Shown here piece after piece: positions 62,626-64,000 of a stretch of DNA of 64,000 nt. This stretch comes from Ostrea edulis. Taxonomy: Eukaryota. The notes beneath the pieces are model-generated. The model was not told the origin of the DNA and ran no database searches. It saw only the letters and a list, made by a program, of their open reading frames with translations. The stretch covers positions 58,776,001 through 58,840,000 of the forward strand of contig NC_079165.1 of NCBI RefSeq assembly GCF_947568905.1, in the 5' to 3' direction. Each line of letters opens with the position of its first letter. The stretch's first letter is position 1. The translations under genes and the position numbers were made by a program.

Positions 62626-62959
62626 TTTTAAATTTTTTTCATATTGATTTCTACTGAAACTGCATTATTTGACTAAATAAAATAAATACGAAAGTTTTCA
62701 ATTTCAAATATTGTTGTACATATCTTCCACTTTTCATCTATATCAAATTTCTCTGGTTTAGCATTTCCTCGTTAAACTTTAAGCCTCCTTTATCCTACAA
62801 ATTTCAGCTTTGGGATCATTTGGGCATTAAAATAAAGAATAACTATTAAAATATATTTTGTTTGTGTAATTTTTACAACAACTGGTTTTACTTTTATAGT
62901 GCACTAGAGATGTCCATTATGGATAAAGTGGCTGACAGTGACATGTGGAAAAGACAGTA

Positions 62960-63122
62960 CAGTTAAACTTCAGTTTCTCAAACATCGATATATCTAAAAT
63001 ACTATGAATATGTCGAAATGAGTGTTTGGAAGTTCCTACTATAATCTTTATATCTCAAACCCTCAGATATCTTAGAAGTTTTTTCTTGGCCCTATTGGGT
63101 TTGAGATAACAAGGTTGTACTG
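62960..63122. mobile_element. Small Tc1/pogo-type MITE
   Basis: TA|CAGTTAAACTTCAGTTTCTCAAAC ... GTTTGAGATAACAAGGTTGTACTG|TA; imperfect TIR. Confidence 0.55.
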
Positions 63123-64000
63123 TACATATCAAAATATATACTTCTAATCTAGAATGTGTTATGATCTGGTCTAAGGAATAGAGAAGAAACTTACAGTACA
63201 ATGCATACATTACTCAACATATAGAAGAAACAACAAACAGAAGTTCATACAAAGTGCAAAGTTAACATCAAATACTGTGACTACGTATAACAATGAAAGT
63301 TTATTTATGTTGATTATTAAAATAGTGAAGAACCCTTATTATGTCATACTTCAAGATATCTTGTATCATGGTGCTTATATTGACTTCAAGATACAGAGGC
63401 TTAACTCCCCCCCCCCCCCCCCAAGAATCACAAGGATGAAATTAGTCTGATTAATAGGAAAGCATCCTTATTTAAAATTAGATCCAAGTTTTTCCTCACC
63501 ATGTCACCCATGTATATACTGAGGCAGCAATACGGAATATTGGAACTATTATTTAGTCTTTGATTCCGTCGTGGTTTTAATATTTAGTATGACCAACAAG
63601 ATCACATTTTTTGCGATAATAACTTGGACAACTTTCAGTAGATGAGCACGTATTTATAATTAATATCAGATATAGTGAGTTCAGGCACCGTTTAGCGTCA
63701 TTTTTGAAAGTTGAGGGGTGGGGAGCAAATGGAGAAAAAAGGTGCTGTTAAATATGTAGAACAATTTTAGCAAGAAAAGCAGTTTTGCGCAAACCTCAAA
63801 GTCCGTAAACTCAAAGGGAGGGGTTCTTGAGTACATGTATGATTTCAAAACATAGGCTCAATCTTGCATTTCTACTACCTTTCATTGCAACTATAACAAG
63901 TGACCAGCTAATAAATTGATCTTTGCATCTACTTATAACAAACGTATGTGATGATAACGCGATAAGTATGTCACAAATGTCAAGAAAAAGGGGGGGGGGC

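Overview
AT-rich eukaryotic genomic DNA, most likely an oyster-like bivalve, judged from Cg170/HindIII-like ~166-bp repeats carried in Helentron-type elements. No prokaryotic features and no CRISPR arrays. Two genes are firmly readable. (1) A ubiquitin gene on the minus strand, whose 103/87-nt coding exons fit UBA52/RPL40; it runs off the left edge. (2) A complete 13-coding-exon ZPR1 gene on the plus strand (11529-30945, 447 aa by my exon assembly). ZPR1 only reads through if three of its 12 coding-region introns are non-standard: a U12-type AT-AC intron, a U12-type GT-AG intron and a GC-AG intron. It also carries duplicated exon ends behind a G10 run, a possible alternative or poison exon inside the AT-AC intron, and two pre-miRNA-sized hairpins downstream. 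The rest is dense in non-autonomous Helentron-like elements, TTAA- and TA-flanked MITEs, SINEs, RTE fragments, a decayed mariner, minisatellites and a 3.4-kb foldback-like element with three internally repetitive arms. Between 43.5 and 62 kb there are exon-like islands on both strands that I cannot assign to a known gene. All calls are by eye; no database searches were run and family names for repeats are inferences.
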